The position numbers were made by a program, and so were the translations under genes. A stretch of 64,000 nt of DNA from an uncultured cyanobacterium (GTDB lineage: Bacteria > Cyanobacteriota > Cyanobacteriia > Cyanobacteriales > CAWCAG01), in NCBI GenBank assembly GCA_963793425.1, contig CAWCAG010000005.1:2048001-2112000 (forward strand), written 5' to 3'. Positions within the stretch are counted from its first letter, which is position 1. Each line of letters starts with the position of its first letter. The notes under the pieces are model-generated. The model had not been told where the DNA came from. It ran no database searches and saw only the letters and a program-made list of their open reading frames with translations. Below are positions 10,524 through 20,912 of the stretch, piece by piece.

Positions 10524-10575
10524 ATTTTTTACCTCCTAATTTTGTTTTGAAAAAACAGCTAGTCCAAACTTTTAG

Positions 10576-10695
10576 TTAGTTGAAGAAATAGCTGGAAAAT
10601 AAGATTCCTAGTACAAAGACTAATAATAAACCTAAGTACAAGGATGTACGATTTAATTCAACTGGTTGTTTATTGGGATTTGGTGAACGATCCAT
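10576..10695 (-). CDS. psbL: Photosystem II protein L
   Basis: Hand translation [39 protein letters not shown]. Confidence 0.97.
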   Translation of the reverse strand: MDRSPNPNKQPVELNRTSLYLGLLLVFVLGILFSSYFFN

Positions 10696-10704
10696 TATTT
10701 TTTT

Positions 10705-10839
10705 CTACCTTTGTACAAACTGCATGGCGGCGATCGCGCCTAAGAAAAATACTGTGGGTACTGTTAGTGTATGAACAGCTATCCATCTAACCGTAAAAAT
10801 AGGATAAGAAACTGGTTGATTTGGGTTATTGCTTGTCAT
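10705..10839 (-). CDS. psbF: Cytochrome b559 beta subunit
   Basis: Hand translation [44 protein letters not shown]. Confidence 0.97.
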   Translation of the reverse strand: MTSNNPNQPVSYPIFTVRWIAVHTLTVPTVFFLGAIAAMQFVQR

Positions 10840-10865
10840 GATATTTTACTTGATTTTAAAACAAA

Positions 10866-11111
10866 TTAATTACTAAACTCTTTAATTTGATCTTTGGCTT
10901 GATATCTATCAGAAACAATCGGTAGTTCTAGACGATCTTGGCTAAAATACTCATCTGGGCGAGGTGTACCAAAAGCGTCGTAAGCTAAGCCTGTACTGAC
11001 AAATAACCATCCGGCTACAAAAAGCATAGGAATGGTAATACTATGGATGATCCAATAACGGACACTAGTAACAATGTCTGAAAATGGTCGTTCTCCAGTT
11101 GTACCTGACAT
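10866..11111 (-). CDS. psbE: Cytochrome b559 alpha subunit
   Basis: [24 protein letters not shown] signature. Confidence 0.98.
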   Translation of the reverse strand: MSGTTGERPFSDIVTSVRYWIIHSITIPMLFVAGWLFVSTGLAYDAFGTPRPDEYFSQDRLELPIVSDRYQAKDQIKEFSN

Positions 11112-11196
11112 GATAATGTTCTCCTCTTACAACATTTTGAAACTTACTTTACATCATATAAGAACTTGTTCGCTCGACTACAAGTATTAGTCTATT

Positions 11197-12237
11197 TTAA
11201 ACGGCTTCTTGGGGTTGTTCATATTTAAGTAAAGTTCCTCTTTGACCGAGAATAAATCCCTGTTGAGGATTTAAGAAGATCACTTCATAAAAATTAGAAG
11301 GAATTCCTTCCACCTCGCGATCTTTTTCCCAAGTTTGACCCCCATCGCTACTGCGAAGCAAGTTACCGCTTCCCCCGGCAACCCAAATCTCTTCTGGAGT
11401 ACGGTAGCCCATATCAAGCAGCCCCCAGCTAGCAGCAATTTCTGGGTATTTGGTTTCATCCCAAGTCTCTTCTTCTTCTAAAGAGCTAAATTGCAACTGA
11501 CCACCCCTAGCCAAAAGCCAAAGCCGACCATCTTTGCCGAAGCCCATATTTTGTAGCCGCCGAGAAGAGTTACGTTGGTGGGGTGTCCACTCATCGTCCC
11601 CTGGCTCCCAAGTGGAATAAAAGTTACCTCTAGCAGAAACAGCTAGGTATCTTCCATCTTCAGCACGACTTATATTCCTGGCTACACCTACTGCTCCTTG
11701 AACTAAGGCTTGCCAGTTTTTGCCACCGTTAGTAGTTTCATAGATAGCTCCTAAATTAGTTACCATCTCCGCTGAATCGGGGCCTAAAGCAACAATATTG
11801 TAGGGCGCACCCGGTAACTTAGCGCTGAGGGGAATACGCGACCAATTGCTGCCACCATCTTTGGTATGTAGTAAGATTGCTGGTTCTCCAGTAATCCAGC
11901 CCTCTTGTCCAGAGAAGCTTACGGAGTTAAAACTGACTTTTTCCTCCCCTAAGTCTAAACTGCGCTGTTCCCAACTATCTCCTCCATCTGTAGTTTCAAA
12001 TAAAGTTGCTTTCGTACCTACTAACCAGCCATGGCTGGAGTCATCAGTAAAAGCAATGTCAGCGAAACTTGCTTCAGTAGGAAGCTGAAGAGACTTCCAA
12101 GGATTATTACTTACGGAATGGATATTGCTACAGCTTACGCAGAATAAAACAACAGCCATCAGGACAACTATTTGTTTTAACTTTCTCACTAAGGAGTTCA
12201 TAGCGTTTAAAGAAAATGATGAAGAAAATTTGTTCAT
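11197..12237 (-). CDS. ycf48: PSII assembly factor Ycf48 (start may be at 12201)
   Basis: Lipoprotein-like signal, BNR/Asp-box repeats, RRLQNMGF; canonical position between rubA and psbE. Confidence 0.95.
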   Translation of the reverse strand: MNKFSSSFSLNAMNSLVRKLKQIVVLMAVVLFCVSCSNIHSVSNNPWKSLQLPTEASFADIAFTDDSSHGWLVGTKATLFETTDGGDSWEQRSLDLGEEKVSFNSVSFSGQEGWITGEPAILLHTKDGGSNWSRIPLSAKLPGAPYNIVALGPDSAEMVTNLGAIYETTNGGKNWQALVQGAVGVARNISRAEDGRYLAVSARGNFYSTWEPGDDEWTPHQRNSSRRLQNMGFGKDGRLWLLARGGQLQFSSLEEEETWDETKYPEIAASWGLLDMGYRTPEEIWVAGGSGNLLRSSDGGQTWEKDREVEGIPSNFYEVIFLNPQQGFILGQRGTLLKYEQPQEAV

Positions 12238-12283
12238 ATATATTTTTGTTGCCTTCCTGAAAAACTACTGACTTTTAATCTTT

Positions 12284-12631
12284 TCACTGCAAGCCATAAA
12301 GACTAAGGAAAAAGATAAAGCCTAAAGCCAAAGCACCAAAAATGAGCAGGTTTTTTTGAGCCGGAGTTAAACGATTTACCCCCAAGCCAAAATCTAGATT
12401 TTCCTTAAATCCTGAGGGTGCGCCACTAGAGCCGATATCCCGAAATTGGGTGCGGCTAACGTTGCACACAGGGCATTTCCAGCCTGATGGCAAATCTTCA
12501 AATAGAGTTCCAGGAGGGATATCACTTTTGTTATCTCCCTTGCTCGGTTCATAAACATAACCGCAGCTACGGCATTCATAACAAGATGGGGCTTGTTCTG
12601 CAAGTGTCTGTTCTTGTCCAGGCTCAGTCAT
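12284..12631 (-). CDS. rubA: Membrane-anchored rubredoxin
   Basis: CRSCGYVY...WKCPVC plus a C-terminal TM helix. Confidence 0.95.
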   Translation of the reverse strand: MTEPGQEQTLAEQAPSCYECRSCGYVYEPSKGDNKSDIPPGTLFEDLPSGWKCPVCNVSRTQFRDIGSSGAPSGFKENLDFGLGVNRLTPAQKNLLIFGALALGFIFFLSLYGLQ

Positions 12632-12806
12632 TGCGAAAAGGAAGGCAAACCTTAAATGTATGTTAAAAATTATGGCATAAATTGGTTTATTTCAGTTATT
12701 TAGGAAGAATTATCAAAATGATTAGTTCATTTTTGGCCTCACTAACCCACTAACGACCTTATAATAAATAAGTAATTGTAAAGAAGTTGTAACTTAAAAA
12801 TTCATA

Positions 12807-13169
12807 GTGTTTGTCCTTAGTGGCTACGAATATCTCTTGGGATTCATGCTCATTTGTAGCGCAGTCCCTGTCTTAGCGTTAACCGGTTCCAAGCTTTTAC
12901 GACCTCGTACTGGCGGCCCGGAGAGACGCACCACCTATGAATCTGGTATGGAACCGATTGGTGGAGCCTGGATACAATTCAACATTCGCTACTATATGTT
13001 CGCTTTAGTATTTGTGGTGTTTGATGTCGAAACTGTATTCTTATATCCGTGGGCAGTTGCCTTTAATCAACTGGGATTACTAGCTTTCATCGAAGCTTTA
13101 ATCTTCATCGCAATTCTCGTGGTTGCTCTTGTATATGCTTGGAGAAAAGGAGCGCTGGAATGGTCATGA
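12807..13169 (+). CDS. ndhC: NDH-1 subunit C
   Basis: YESGMEPIG and [15 protein letters not shown] start. Confidence 0.97.
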   Translation: MFVLSGYEYLLGFMLICSAVPVLALTGSKLLRPRTGGPERRTTYESGMEPIGGAWIQFNIRYYMFALVFVVFDVETVFLYPWAVAFNQLGLLAFIEALIFIAILVVALVYAWRKGALEWS

Positions 13170-13912
13170 ATTCTCAATCAACTAACGATGCTGCTCTTTC
13201 TCAGCAGCAGTCCAATAAAATTTTCAATCCGATTAGTAGTTCTCAAGTTACCCAAGACTTGTCAGAGAATGTCATTTTAACAACAGTAGACGACCTTTAT
13301 AACTGGGCCAGGCTTTCTAGTCTTTGGCCGATGATGTATGGTACTGCTTGTTGTTTCATTGAATTTGCGGCCATGATTGGCTCCAGGTTCGATTTTGACC
13401 GCTTTGGCTTAGTCCCCCGTGCTAGTCCCCGACAAGCTGATTTAATTATCACCGCAGGTACAGTTACCATGAAAATGGCCCCTGCTTTGGTCAGGCTTTA
13501 TGAAGAAATGCCCGAACCAAAATATGCGATCGCCATGGGAGCCTGTACCATTACTGGGGGAATGTTCAGTACGGACTCTCCTAGCGCAGTGAGGGGAGTT
13601 GATAAATTAATTCCGGTGGATGTCTATATTCCTGGCTGTCCTCCCCGCCCTGAAGCAATTATGGATGCCATCATTAAGCTGCGTAAGAAGGTTGCTAACG
13701 AATCTCTACAAGAGAGAAGTACGGTGATGCAACAAACCAACCGCTATTACACCATTCCCCATGAAATGAAAGCGGTTGCTCCTATTCTTACCGGAGAGTA
13801 CATCGAATCAGAAACTCGTCAAGCCCCTCCCAAGGAGTTAGCTGAAGCGACAGGTATGCCTATGCAAACCCCTCTCAAAGAAAAAGCCAAGGAGGAGTTA
13901 GAGCGTGGCTGA
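13166..13912 (+). CDS. ndhK: NDH-1 subunit K
   Basis: GTACCFIEF and IPGCPPRPE; start ATG at 13160 or 13166. Confidence 0.96.
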   Translation: MNSQSTNDAALSQQQSNKIFNPISSSQVTQDLSENVILTTVDDLYNWARLSSLWPMMYGTACCFIEFAAMIGSRFDFDRFGLVPRASPRQADLIITAGTVTMKMAPALVRLYEEMPEPKYAIAMGACTITGGMFSTDSPSAVRGVDKLIPVDVYIPGCPPRPEAIMDAIIKLRKKVANESLQERSTVMQQTNRYYTIPHEMKAVAPILTGEYIESETRQAPPKELAEATGMPMQTPLKEKAKEELERG

Positions 13913-14434
13913 AGAAAAAACTAAACAGGAAGAAAACTCCGAAGCTTCTGAAATTGTCCAAGTGGGTCAAGTTTCCTCTTGGTTAAGTGAAAATAGCTTT
14001 GATAACGAAGCTTTAGAGCAAGATCATTTAGGAGTTGAAACAATCAAGGTTGATGCCGAGTTTCTTATTCCTATTTGTACTGCTTTATTTGCTTACGGTT
14101 TCAACTATCTTCAATGTCAAGGAGGTTATGATCTGGCCCGGGTAAAGAGTTGGTTAGTTTCTACCATCTCACTAAGGTTAGCGACAACGCTGATCGCCCA
14201 GAGGAAGTTCGGGTTAAGGTATTCTTGCCCAGAGATAAGCCTCAAGTCCCTTCAGTTTATTGGATTTGGAAAGCGGCTGACTGGCAAGAGCGAGAAACCT
14301 ACGATATGTATGGCATTTTCTATGAAGGGCATCCTAATTTAAAGAGGATTCTCATGCCGGAAGACTGGGTAGGCTGGCCTTTACGTAAGGATTATATTTC
14401 TCCTGATTTTTACGAGTTACAGGATGCTTATTAA
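13905..14434 (+). CDS. ndhJ: NDH-1 subunit J, apparent 1-nt deletion near 14135
   Basis: The N-part ([12 protein letters not shown]) and C-part ([14 protein letters not shown]...GWPLRKDY) are in different frames; adding one G restores [11 protein letters not shown]. Confidence 0.92.
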
Positions 14435-14458
14435 GTAAGTTAATCTTGTTTCAATCCA

Positions 14459-14494
14459 AGGCACTCATTTTTAGAAATGGGTGCTTATTTTTTT
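14459..14494 (+). terminator. Intrinsic terminator after ndhJ
   Basis: AGGCACTCATTT-TTAG-AAATGGGTGCTT followed by a T-run. Confidence 0.7.
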
Positions 14495-14548
14495 GTGATC
14501 TACTTTGACTTAAAAATCCGAAAAATCAACTATTTGTTCTCTTCTTCA

Positions 14549-14627
14549 CTGGGGGGTTTGGGGGGCTAGTCCTCCAATAAAACTAAAACTACCCACAGAT
14601 TAACTAAAAGAAGGATTGACTAAAAAA
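14549..14627 (+). repeat. ~78-bp dispersed G-rich repeat, copy B
   Basis: Aligns by eye with 4063-4140. Confidence 0.8.
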
Positions 14628-14666
14628 GAGCGATACTAAAGTGATTTATCTGTAGCGTTATTTTCC

Positions 14667-15644
14667 CTATTTCATATCACCTTTTTCGTAGGAATAAATA
14701 TCTCCTTCTTGCTTAAATAAAGCATCGGAACGTTCGGAAAGCAATTGTAAATCTTCCGGTGCAATATTAACTTCCATCGCTTCTATATTGCTCTTAATTT
14801 GTTGGCGGTTTTGAGTGAAACCAGAAATAACTGCCCCTACACCAGGCTGGTTTTTAACCCAATTAAGGGCTAGTTGAGAAATGCTAACTTTGTATTTATT
14901 GCCCATTTGAGCCATAGTTAATAACATTTCTTGTACAGGCGACCAGCCGCCGTGGGCGCGAATCATACTACTATAATAAAAACTGCGGGCGTGTTCTCCT
15001 TCTGTGGATGGTAAGTCAATTCCTAGAAATTTTCTTGATAGGTAACCTCCTGCTAAAGGGCCATAAGGCAAAAGAGTTACGTCCTTCTCTAAACAGAAAG
15101 GTTGTAAAGACTTTTCGGCACGCCTATCTATTAAGCTATATTGTATTTGATTGGTTTTAATCGGGGCGTATTGCAAAGCTTTTTCTAACATAGGAGTATC
15201 AAAATTAGTTACTCCTAGTTGGCGGATTTTTCCTGCTTCCAAAAGTTCATTAAAAGTTGTGAAGGTTGAACCACAATCTAATTGCGGATTGTGCCAATAA
15301 ATTTGTAAGCAATCTAGGCTCTCTTTTTTTAATTTGCGTAGGGAACTTTCAACTTTACTTTTAATTTGATTAGTATTCGGAATTTCCCCGAAGAAAACCG
15401 CTTTAGTCAAGATTGTACAATCTCTTCCTTGTAAAACTTGACCTAATGTTTTTTCGCTTCTACCATAGATATCTGCTGTATCAAAGCTACTAATTCCCAT
15501 AGCCAGATAAGTATCTATGGTACGCTCAATCTCTTCTTCGGTAATTGCTTGCCAACTACGGTTATCTAATTGCCAGCAACCAACAATTAGAGAATCGGAT
15601 ATGAGGTTTTGGTTTTCTTTCATTAGGGTCAATTTATGGGTCAT
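14667..15644 (-). CDS. Aldo/keto reductase
   Basis: GCWQL, FDTADIYG, LGVTNF, NQIQYSLIDRR and YGPLAGG motifs. Confidence 0.9.
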   Translation of the reverse strand: MTHKLTLMKENQNLISDSLIVGCWQLDNRSWQAITEEEIERTIDTYLAMGISSFDTADIYGRSEKTLGQVLQGRDCTILTKAVFFGEIPNTNQIKSKVESSLRKLKKESLDCLQIYWHNPQLDCGSTFTTFNELLEAGKIRQLGVTNFDTPMLEKALQYAPIKTNQIQYSLIDRRAEKSLQPFCLEKDVTLLPYGPLAGGYLSRKFLGIDLPSTEGEHARSFYYSSMIRAHGGWSPVQEMLLTMAQMGNKYKVSISQLALNWVKNQPGVGAVISGFTQNRQQIKSNIEAMEVNIAPEDLQLLSERSDALFKQEGDIYSYEKGDMK

Positions 15645-15772
15645 TGCATAGCCATAGCTATTTTTTAGATTTACGGGCTACATATTTATTAGCTCTTAGC
15701 TAGATAACCATTAGCAAGCTTTTAATAAATCATCGGCAATTATAACAGATTAAAAGTGATATTTCTAGTAAT

Positions 15773-16195
15773 TTAGCTAAACAAATTTAGAGGAAAGTAA
15801 CCGTAGGTTCCATTAATTTCGTCATCCTCTGCTTGGCAAGAAATTAGTACTCCTCGATACTCTCCGGTATAAGAATCGAGGAAATGGGACATTCGCTGAG
15901 TATTATATTTGATATAAACCGGTTGTTCCATCTGAGGAATAGAAAGTGATTCTGTCAGAGAATCATAACCTAATGCTCGGAGATATGCTGATAGAGCAAT
16001 CATACCTTGTTTTGAATCATTGGCACAAATACCTAGATTTTCCGACTCTGATTGTTCCGTAATCAGTAGAATCGCTTGTTGTAATCGCTCTTTTTCTTTG
16101 GTTGTGTTGACAGCTTTTGTTTGAGTACCACTGTAAAGAGCAAGTATCTTTTTGGCTTCTTTTATAGTTAGGTTAGATGTTTTAGGAGTAGTCAT
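15773..16195 (-). CDS. DUF1824-family protein
   Basis: LGICA, VYIKYN, YTGEYRGVLISCQ and GTYGYFPL motifs. Confidence 0.8.
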   Translation of the reverse strand: MTTPKTSNLTIKEAKKILALYSGTQTKAVNTTKEKERLQQAILLITEQSESENLGICANDSKQGMIALSAYLRALGYDSLTESLSIPQMEQPVYIKYNTQRMSHFLDSYTGEYRGVLISCQAEDDEINGTYGYFPLNLFS

Positions 16196-16202
16196 TAATG
16201 AT

Positions 16203-16520
16203 TTAATAATAAAGAGATGATTTGTATAATACTTGTTCTTGGTGAGTTTCTAAAACACAATTAGATTGAGGATAGGCAACACAAGTTACCGTATAACCCC
16301 CTTGGATTTCCTCTGGTTTAAGGAAGTTTTGTTCCTTTTGATCTACTTTGCCACTGACAATTTTAGCTAAACAAGCAGAGCATTCTCCCTGTAAGCATCC
16401 TGAAGGTAAGGTGATGCCAAATTCATCAGCTATATCAAATATATATTGGTCTGAGGGAACTTCAATGGTCTGATCAATGTTGAGTTGTTGATTAACTAAG
16501 CGAACTTGATAAACTGGCAT
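16203..16520 (-). CDS. Plant-type 2Fe-2S ferredoxin
   Basis: PSGCLQGECSAC...TCVAYP. Confidence 0.92.
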   Translation of the reverse strand: MPVYQVRLVNQQLNIDQTIEVPSDQYIFDIADEFGITLPSGCLQGECSACLAKIVSGKVDQKEQNFLKPEEIQGGYTVTCVAYPQSNCVLETHQEQVLYKSSLYY

Positions 16521-16547
16521 TGCTAACTCCTGGAATATAGTTTTACT

Positions 16548-16859
16548 TTAGGAATTTGATTTCTCATTTAATCCCAAAAGTTCTTTGACTTTGACGACAA
16601 GATTAACCACATCTTGGGAAGAAATTTTGAGTAAAGTAATCATACCAATGCCAATGAGAATAGTTCCCAATAAACCATTATCTCGATAAAGATATAAACC
16701 CAAAAGGGCGACAAAATAGGGAGAAATGATTTTACTAATTTTCTCTACTGTCATAACCAAATCAGAATTTTCTCTAGCTGGCACTTTTCCTAAAGATGTT
16801 TCCGGCGGCAAGATAATCTGATCTTCAGCCTGTTTTTTGCCTAGTTCTTCCCCTGACAT
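16548..16859 (-). CDS. Small hypothetical membrane protein
   Basis: Two hydrophobic helices; co-oriented with the ferredoxin. Confidence 0.65.
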   Translation of the reverse strand: MSGEELGKKQAEDQIILPPETSLGKVPARENSDLVMTVEKISKIISPYFVALLGLYLYRDNGLLGTILIGIGMITLLKISSQDVVNLVVKVKELLGLNEKSNS

Positions 16860-16966
16860 ACTCAAATACCTTATTAACCTAGTGATATCCCTAGCTAATA
16901 GCACATAGTTTTGCTCAAAGCAATCTTAAGGAAGGGGTTTGTTACAAATTGGGAAAGAATATAGAT

Positions 16967-17656
16967 TTAAGAGAAGCCGTCCCTACTGGCTTTTTTAGCT
17001 AGTAAAGGTAGCAAGGAGAGTAAGGTTAAAAAACCTAAAGCGAGGTAAAAAGATAATTTTTCTCCTCCTTGCCAAGCTTCCAAACCACTTACTCCTAACC
17101 AAGTGTAGGCTAAAGTTCCTGGAATTATGCCGAAAAAAGTGCCTGTGGAGTAGGGCAACCAATTAATTGGGGTTAAACCAAAAAGGAAATTTACGATATT
17201 AAAAGGAGAAATGGGAGCAAAGCGCACGACAAGAACAGAGGTCAAAGGTTTCTTGACAACTGCTTGTTTAAACTTAACTAGGGCTTTATGTTTACCTAAC
17301 TTACGCTCAATCCAACCATGAAGAAGATACCTTGCTGTCCAAAATGCACCTATGGCTCCCAAAGTTGCTCCTACAACTGACCAAAGTGTTCCCCAAAATA
17401 AACCAAAAACGATCCCTCCTGCTATGGTTAAAATGGTTCCCGGAATGCCAATAATGGTTAGCAAGATATAAGTGAAGATGAATTTTAGGGCCGCTAATTT
17501 GCCATGGCTTTGAATTTTTTCTACTAAGTAATCTTGATTGAAAATGACTTTCAAAGGGCCAAAAATGCAAAGTAAAATACAAATTATTAGGGCTATTGCC
17601 AGCCAAAAACGATAGCTTTTCAGGATAGTAATCGGCTTGGTTAATTTCCTAGCCAT
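16967..17656 (-). CDS. TVP38/TMEM64 (DedA/VTT) membrane protein
   Basis: PGTILTIAGG.FG..G, GATLGA and RFAPISPFNIVN motifs. Confidence 0.9.
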   Translation of the reverse strand: MARKLTKPITILKSYRFWLAIALIICILLCIFGPLKVIFNQDYLVEKIQSHGKLAALKFIFTYILLTIIGIPGTILTIAGGIVFGLFWGTLWSVVGATLGAIGAFWTARYLLHGWIERKLGKHKALVKFKQAVVKKPLTSVLVVRFAPISPFNIVNFLFGLTPINWLPYSTGTFFGIIPGTLAYTWLGVSGLEAWQGGEKLSFYLALGFLTLLSLLPLLAKKASRDGFS

Positions 17657-18368
17657 TATCTTTTTTAGTTTGAAATTTTTTGATAGCAATAGGTACAGCA
17701 GAAAGTAATGCCAAGACAGCTAATGCACCTACTAATTGCCACGGTGGCCCCCCGGCTAAAGCTTCTGTACCACCTCTTCCTAACCAACTATAGGCAAAGG
17801 TTCCTGGCAAAATACCAATGGCGGTAGCGAGTACATAAGCCCCCAGGGGAATAGGTGTTAAACCAAAAAGGTAATTAACCGCATTAAAGGGGAAAATTGG
17901 TGCTAAGCGGATAGTTAAGGCATATTGAAAGCCTTCTTCTTCTAAACCTGCTTGAATTTTTCTTAAGCGATCGCCTTTAGCAAATTGTTGTTTCGCCCAA
18001 TCCCCAGCAATGAATCTAGATACTAAAAAGGCTGCTGTTGCCCCTAATGTTGCACCAATTACTGTCCATAAAGTTCCCCAAAAAGGGCCGAATACTGCCC
18101 CGGAAGAGAGGGTTAAAATTGTTCCCGGTACACCAAAGACTGCGGCAACGATATAAATAAGAATGTATCCTAAAGGAGCAAAAACCCCTGCTTTGTCAGC
18201 TAACTCTTGTAACTTTTCTGGTTTAATGAAATCCGTTAATCCGGTTTGATTAACAATAATAATGACAGCAGCTATAACCACAGCCCCAATCGCAAGCTTT
18301 AACCAAGGCTTTTTAGATTTTTTCTTGATTTTACTATTTTCTATTTCTACTGAATCTGCACGTTCCAA
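17649..18368 (-). CDS. TVP38/TMEM64 (DedA/VTT) membrane protein
   Basis: PGTILTLSSG, GATLGATAAF and RLAPIFPFNAVNY motifs. Confidence 0.9.
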   Translation of the reverse strand: MERADSVEIENSKIKKKSKKPWLKLAIGAVVIAAVIIIVNQTGLTDFIKPEKLQELADKAGVFAPLGYILIYIVAAVFGVPGTILTLSSGAVFGPFWGTLWTVIGATLGATAAFLVSRFIAGDWAKQQFAKGDRLRKIQAGLEEEGFQYALTIRLAPIFPFNAVNYLFGLTPIPLGAYVLATAIGILPGTFAYSWLGRGGTEALAGGPPWQLVGALAVLALLSAVPIAIKKFQTKKDNG

Positions 18369-18400
18369 AACTCAACCTCCTTAACTTATTACTTGTTACT

Positions 18401-19408
18401 TTAAACCAACGCTCCTCCGCAACTAGAGCCACTTCCTGCTGTACAACCATAACAATATGTAGCAGTTTTAATCTCTTGAATAACATCAAGATTATTTAAC
18501 TCTAATAACTTCCCCAAGGTTAATTTTTCTCCTTGAGGAGTTGTGGCAGAAAGATTTGCCATTTGGTTAAAATCGCAATCGTAAATATTCCCTAAATAAT
18601 CAACGGAAAGTTCGTTACGGCACATCAAAGCAGGTACAGTTGCAGGGTTATAACTTGCTTCTAAAAACTTGAGGTAAGGTTGATGTAATTCGCGACGTTG
18701 TAAAAATTGTTTGGTTCTCCCGACGGGAATATTGGTAATAGTGAAGAGATTGTTGAACTGAATATTAAAGTGTTCTTGTAAATAGGTTTTGTAGTCAGAT
18801 TCTAATTTCTGTTGCTCAGGAGTCAAGGAAAAGTTTCTATCAACGGGAAGGCCAGGATTATAAACTAAATCAAGAACCAAATTATCTGTTTTACCATAAC
18901 CCAAATCGTTTAATTTTTGAATAGCTTTGATAGAATCATGATAAACTCCTGCCCCTCTTTGCTTATCAACATTATCTTCTAAGTAACAGGGTAAAGAAGC
19001 CACAACTCTAAGTTGATTCTTAGCAAAATATTCTGGCAAATCTGTATATCCTGGCTCAAAGAAAATAGTTAAATTAGAGCGGACAATCACTTCTTTGTTT
19101 TTGCTTCTTGCTGCTGCTACCAACTCTCGAAAACCGTAATTCATCTCTGGCGCACCACCAGTTAAGTCAACGGTTTCAATTTGAGGAAAACGATTAATTA
19201 CCTCAATTAATTGTTGACAAACTTGAGGGGATAATTCTTCTGTTCTTTTTGGTCCAGCTTCCACATGGCAATGGGTACAGGCTAAGTTACAGCGTCGCCC
19301 TAAGTTGATTTGTAAGATAGTGATTTTCTGCTTATTTAAAGAAGTAACTACTTTTTGAGCAAAAGGAGTAACTTTTCCTAATTGTTCTTTACTAGGAGAT
19401 TGAACCAT
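18401..19408 (-). CDS. arsS: Arsenosugar biosynthesis radical SAM protein ArsS (DUF3641)
   Basis: CNLACTHC, DLTGGAPEMN, ASLPCY, DCDFNQ and C-terminal CYGCTAGSGSSCGG. Confidence 0.9.
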   Translation of the reverse strand: MVQSPSKEQLGKVTPFAQKVVTSLNKQKITILQINLGRRCNLACTHCHVEAGPKRTEELSPQVCQQLIEVINRFPQIETVDLTGGAPEMNYGFRELVAAARSKNKEVIVRSNLTIFFEPGYTDLPEYFAKNQLRVVASLPCYLEDNVDKQRGAGVYHDSIKAIQKLNDLGYGKTDNLVLDLVYNPGLPVDRNFSLTPEQQKLESDYKTYLQEHFNIQFNNLFTITNIPVGRTKQFLQRRELHQPYLKFLEASYNPATVPALMCRNELSVDYLGNIYDCDFNQMANLSATTPQGEKLTLGKLLELNNLDVIQEIKTATYCYGCTAGSGSSCGGALV

Positions 19409-19433
19409 TGTTAAGTAATAAATAATATGTAAT

Positions 19434-19464
19434 ATGTAATAGGCAAGGTGATTGCCTATTACAT
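19434..19464. other. Intra-operon stem-loop between arsM-like and arsS
   Basis: ATGTAATAGGCAA-GGTGA-TTGCCTATTACAT, perfect 13-bp arms with no clear U-tail. Confidence 0.65.
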
Positions 19465-19469
19465 GGCAA

Positions 19470-20654
19470 CTAACAACAAGTGTCAGTCATTGTTAATTGA
19501 TAATTTGACCCCTTGCTTTCTTTAGGATGGCGAATTGCATTAGTTTTACATTTAAACTCTTTGGCTGCTTCTAAGCTAATCTCTTCGTAGGGTTCAATGG
19601 CAATAACATCTTCACCATAAGCCCCTTCTGAATTAGTTAAAATCTGGAAAATTTTATCACAAACTGCCATAGCTTTTCCCCTATAAAAAGTATGGCCATC
19701 ATCATCGATAACTTGCTTCCAAGGGCCTTTATAAATTACCGCTTGGTTACGTTCTAAACAAGTACCTTCTTTACCTTTATAAGCCCGTACAGTCAAAGAA
19801 CGAAACTCAATACCATCAATAACTTGCCAAGGCTCTGTTTGACGATTAAGAATCTCGATACCATAGAAACCAGCTTCTTCAAACATAGCTAAAAAAGCAT
19901 CTTCTCGAAAAGCCCCAGCAATGCAGCCACTCCATAATTCGGGATCTTGAAGAATATTAGCTGTAGGGTTTTCATCACAAACGATATCAGAAATAACTGC
20001 CCTACCTCCTCGTTTGAGGACTCGGTGAATTTCTTGGAATAGTTGCTGCTTGTCTTGAGGACGAACAAGATTAAGGACACAGTTGGAAATGACTACATCA
20101 ATACTATTATCCTCTATCAATGGTTCTTGAACTCGCAGGCGCTCACACTCCGCTTCAAAAGCTTCCATTTCTGGTAAAGAAGTAATGGGATGTGCTTGCA
20201 ACCATGTTTGCATTCTGCCCCAATCCAACTTTAAGTCTTGGATTTTACCCTTGACAAAATTGGTATTATGGTAGCCAATTTTTGTGGCTATTTCTTCTTG
20301 ATACTTCCTTGCCAAACCCAGCATCTCATCGTTAAAATCAACACCAACAATTTTGCCTTCAGAGCCAACTTTTTGGGCGAGTATATAACAATTTTTACCG
20401 ACACCGGAACCCAAATCTACTACTGTTTCCCCCTTAGAGACATAACGGGTAGGATCGCCACAGCCGTAGTCTTTGGCAACGATCTCCTCTGGTAAAATGC
20501 TCAGGTAATTACCTTCGTATTCTGTGGGGCAGCACAAGCTAGGTTGTACTTTTTTTGCTCCAGCTTCATATCTTTCTAATACAGCATTTTCAACGTTATA
20601 TCCCAATAACTCTGAAGTATTTGGCTGTTGTTGCTCTGTCGTAACTTCAGTCAC
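19470..20654 (-). CDS. arsM: Arsenite methyltransferase-like SAM methyltransferase
   Basis: LCCP, YGCGDP, DLGSGVG, ISNCVLNL, WSGCIAGA and C-terminal CC; directly upstream of arsS. Confidence 0.75.
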   Translation of the reverse strand: MTEVTTEQQQPNTSELLGYNVENAVLERYEAGAKKVQPSLCCPTEYEGNYLSILPEEIVAKDYGCGDPTRYVSKGETVVDLGSGVGKNCYILAQKVGSEGKIVGVDFNDEMLGLARKYQEEIATKIGYHNTNFVKGKIQDLKLDWGRMQTWLQAHPITSLPEMEAFEAECERLRVQEPLIEDNSIDVVISNCVLNLVRPQDKQQLFQEIHRVLKRGGRAVISDIVCDENPTANILQDPELWSGCIAGAFREDAFLAMFEEAGFYGIEILNRQTEPWQVIDGIEFRSLTVRAYKGKEGTCLERNQAVIYKGPWKQVIDDDGHTFYRGKAMAVCDKIFQILTNSEGAYGEDVIAIEPYEEISLEAAKEFKCKTNAIRHPKESKGSNYQLTMTDTCC

Positions 20655-20857
20655 AAGTAATTTTCCTCTAGCAATTATTAACTATCAACCGACGCGGGGT
20701 CGCACTCCAATTATCAATTATTAACTTAAATTTTGTATACATAGGAGTATTAAACAAAGCCGAACTTAAATTTCCCTGAGAAAGGGGGTAGAGTGAGGTT
20801 AAAAATTGGGGAGATGGATAACTTATAGAGGGATAATCTCATGGAATTAGTAATCAA

Positions 20858-20886
20858 CAAAAAAGACGGGTTTTAGACCCGTCTTT
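20858..20886 (-). terminator. Intrinsic terminator after the Mn-catalase
   Basis: AAAGACGGGT-TTTAG-ACCCGTCTTT with a T-run on the minus strand. Confidence 0.75.
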
Positions 20887-20912
20887 AAATCACATTTGCT
20901 TACCAAGTATTT

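Noticed and set aside
19434..19472. Selenocysteine or pyrrolysine readthrough at the arsM stop, with the hairpin as a recoding signal
   Set aside because: The stop is TAG rather than TGA, a C-terminal CC is a normal ending for such proteins, the readthrough frame is low-complexity, and arsS has no in-frame TGA.
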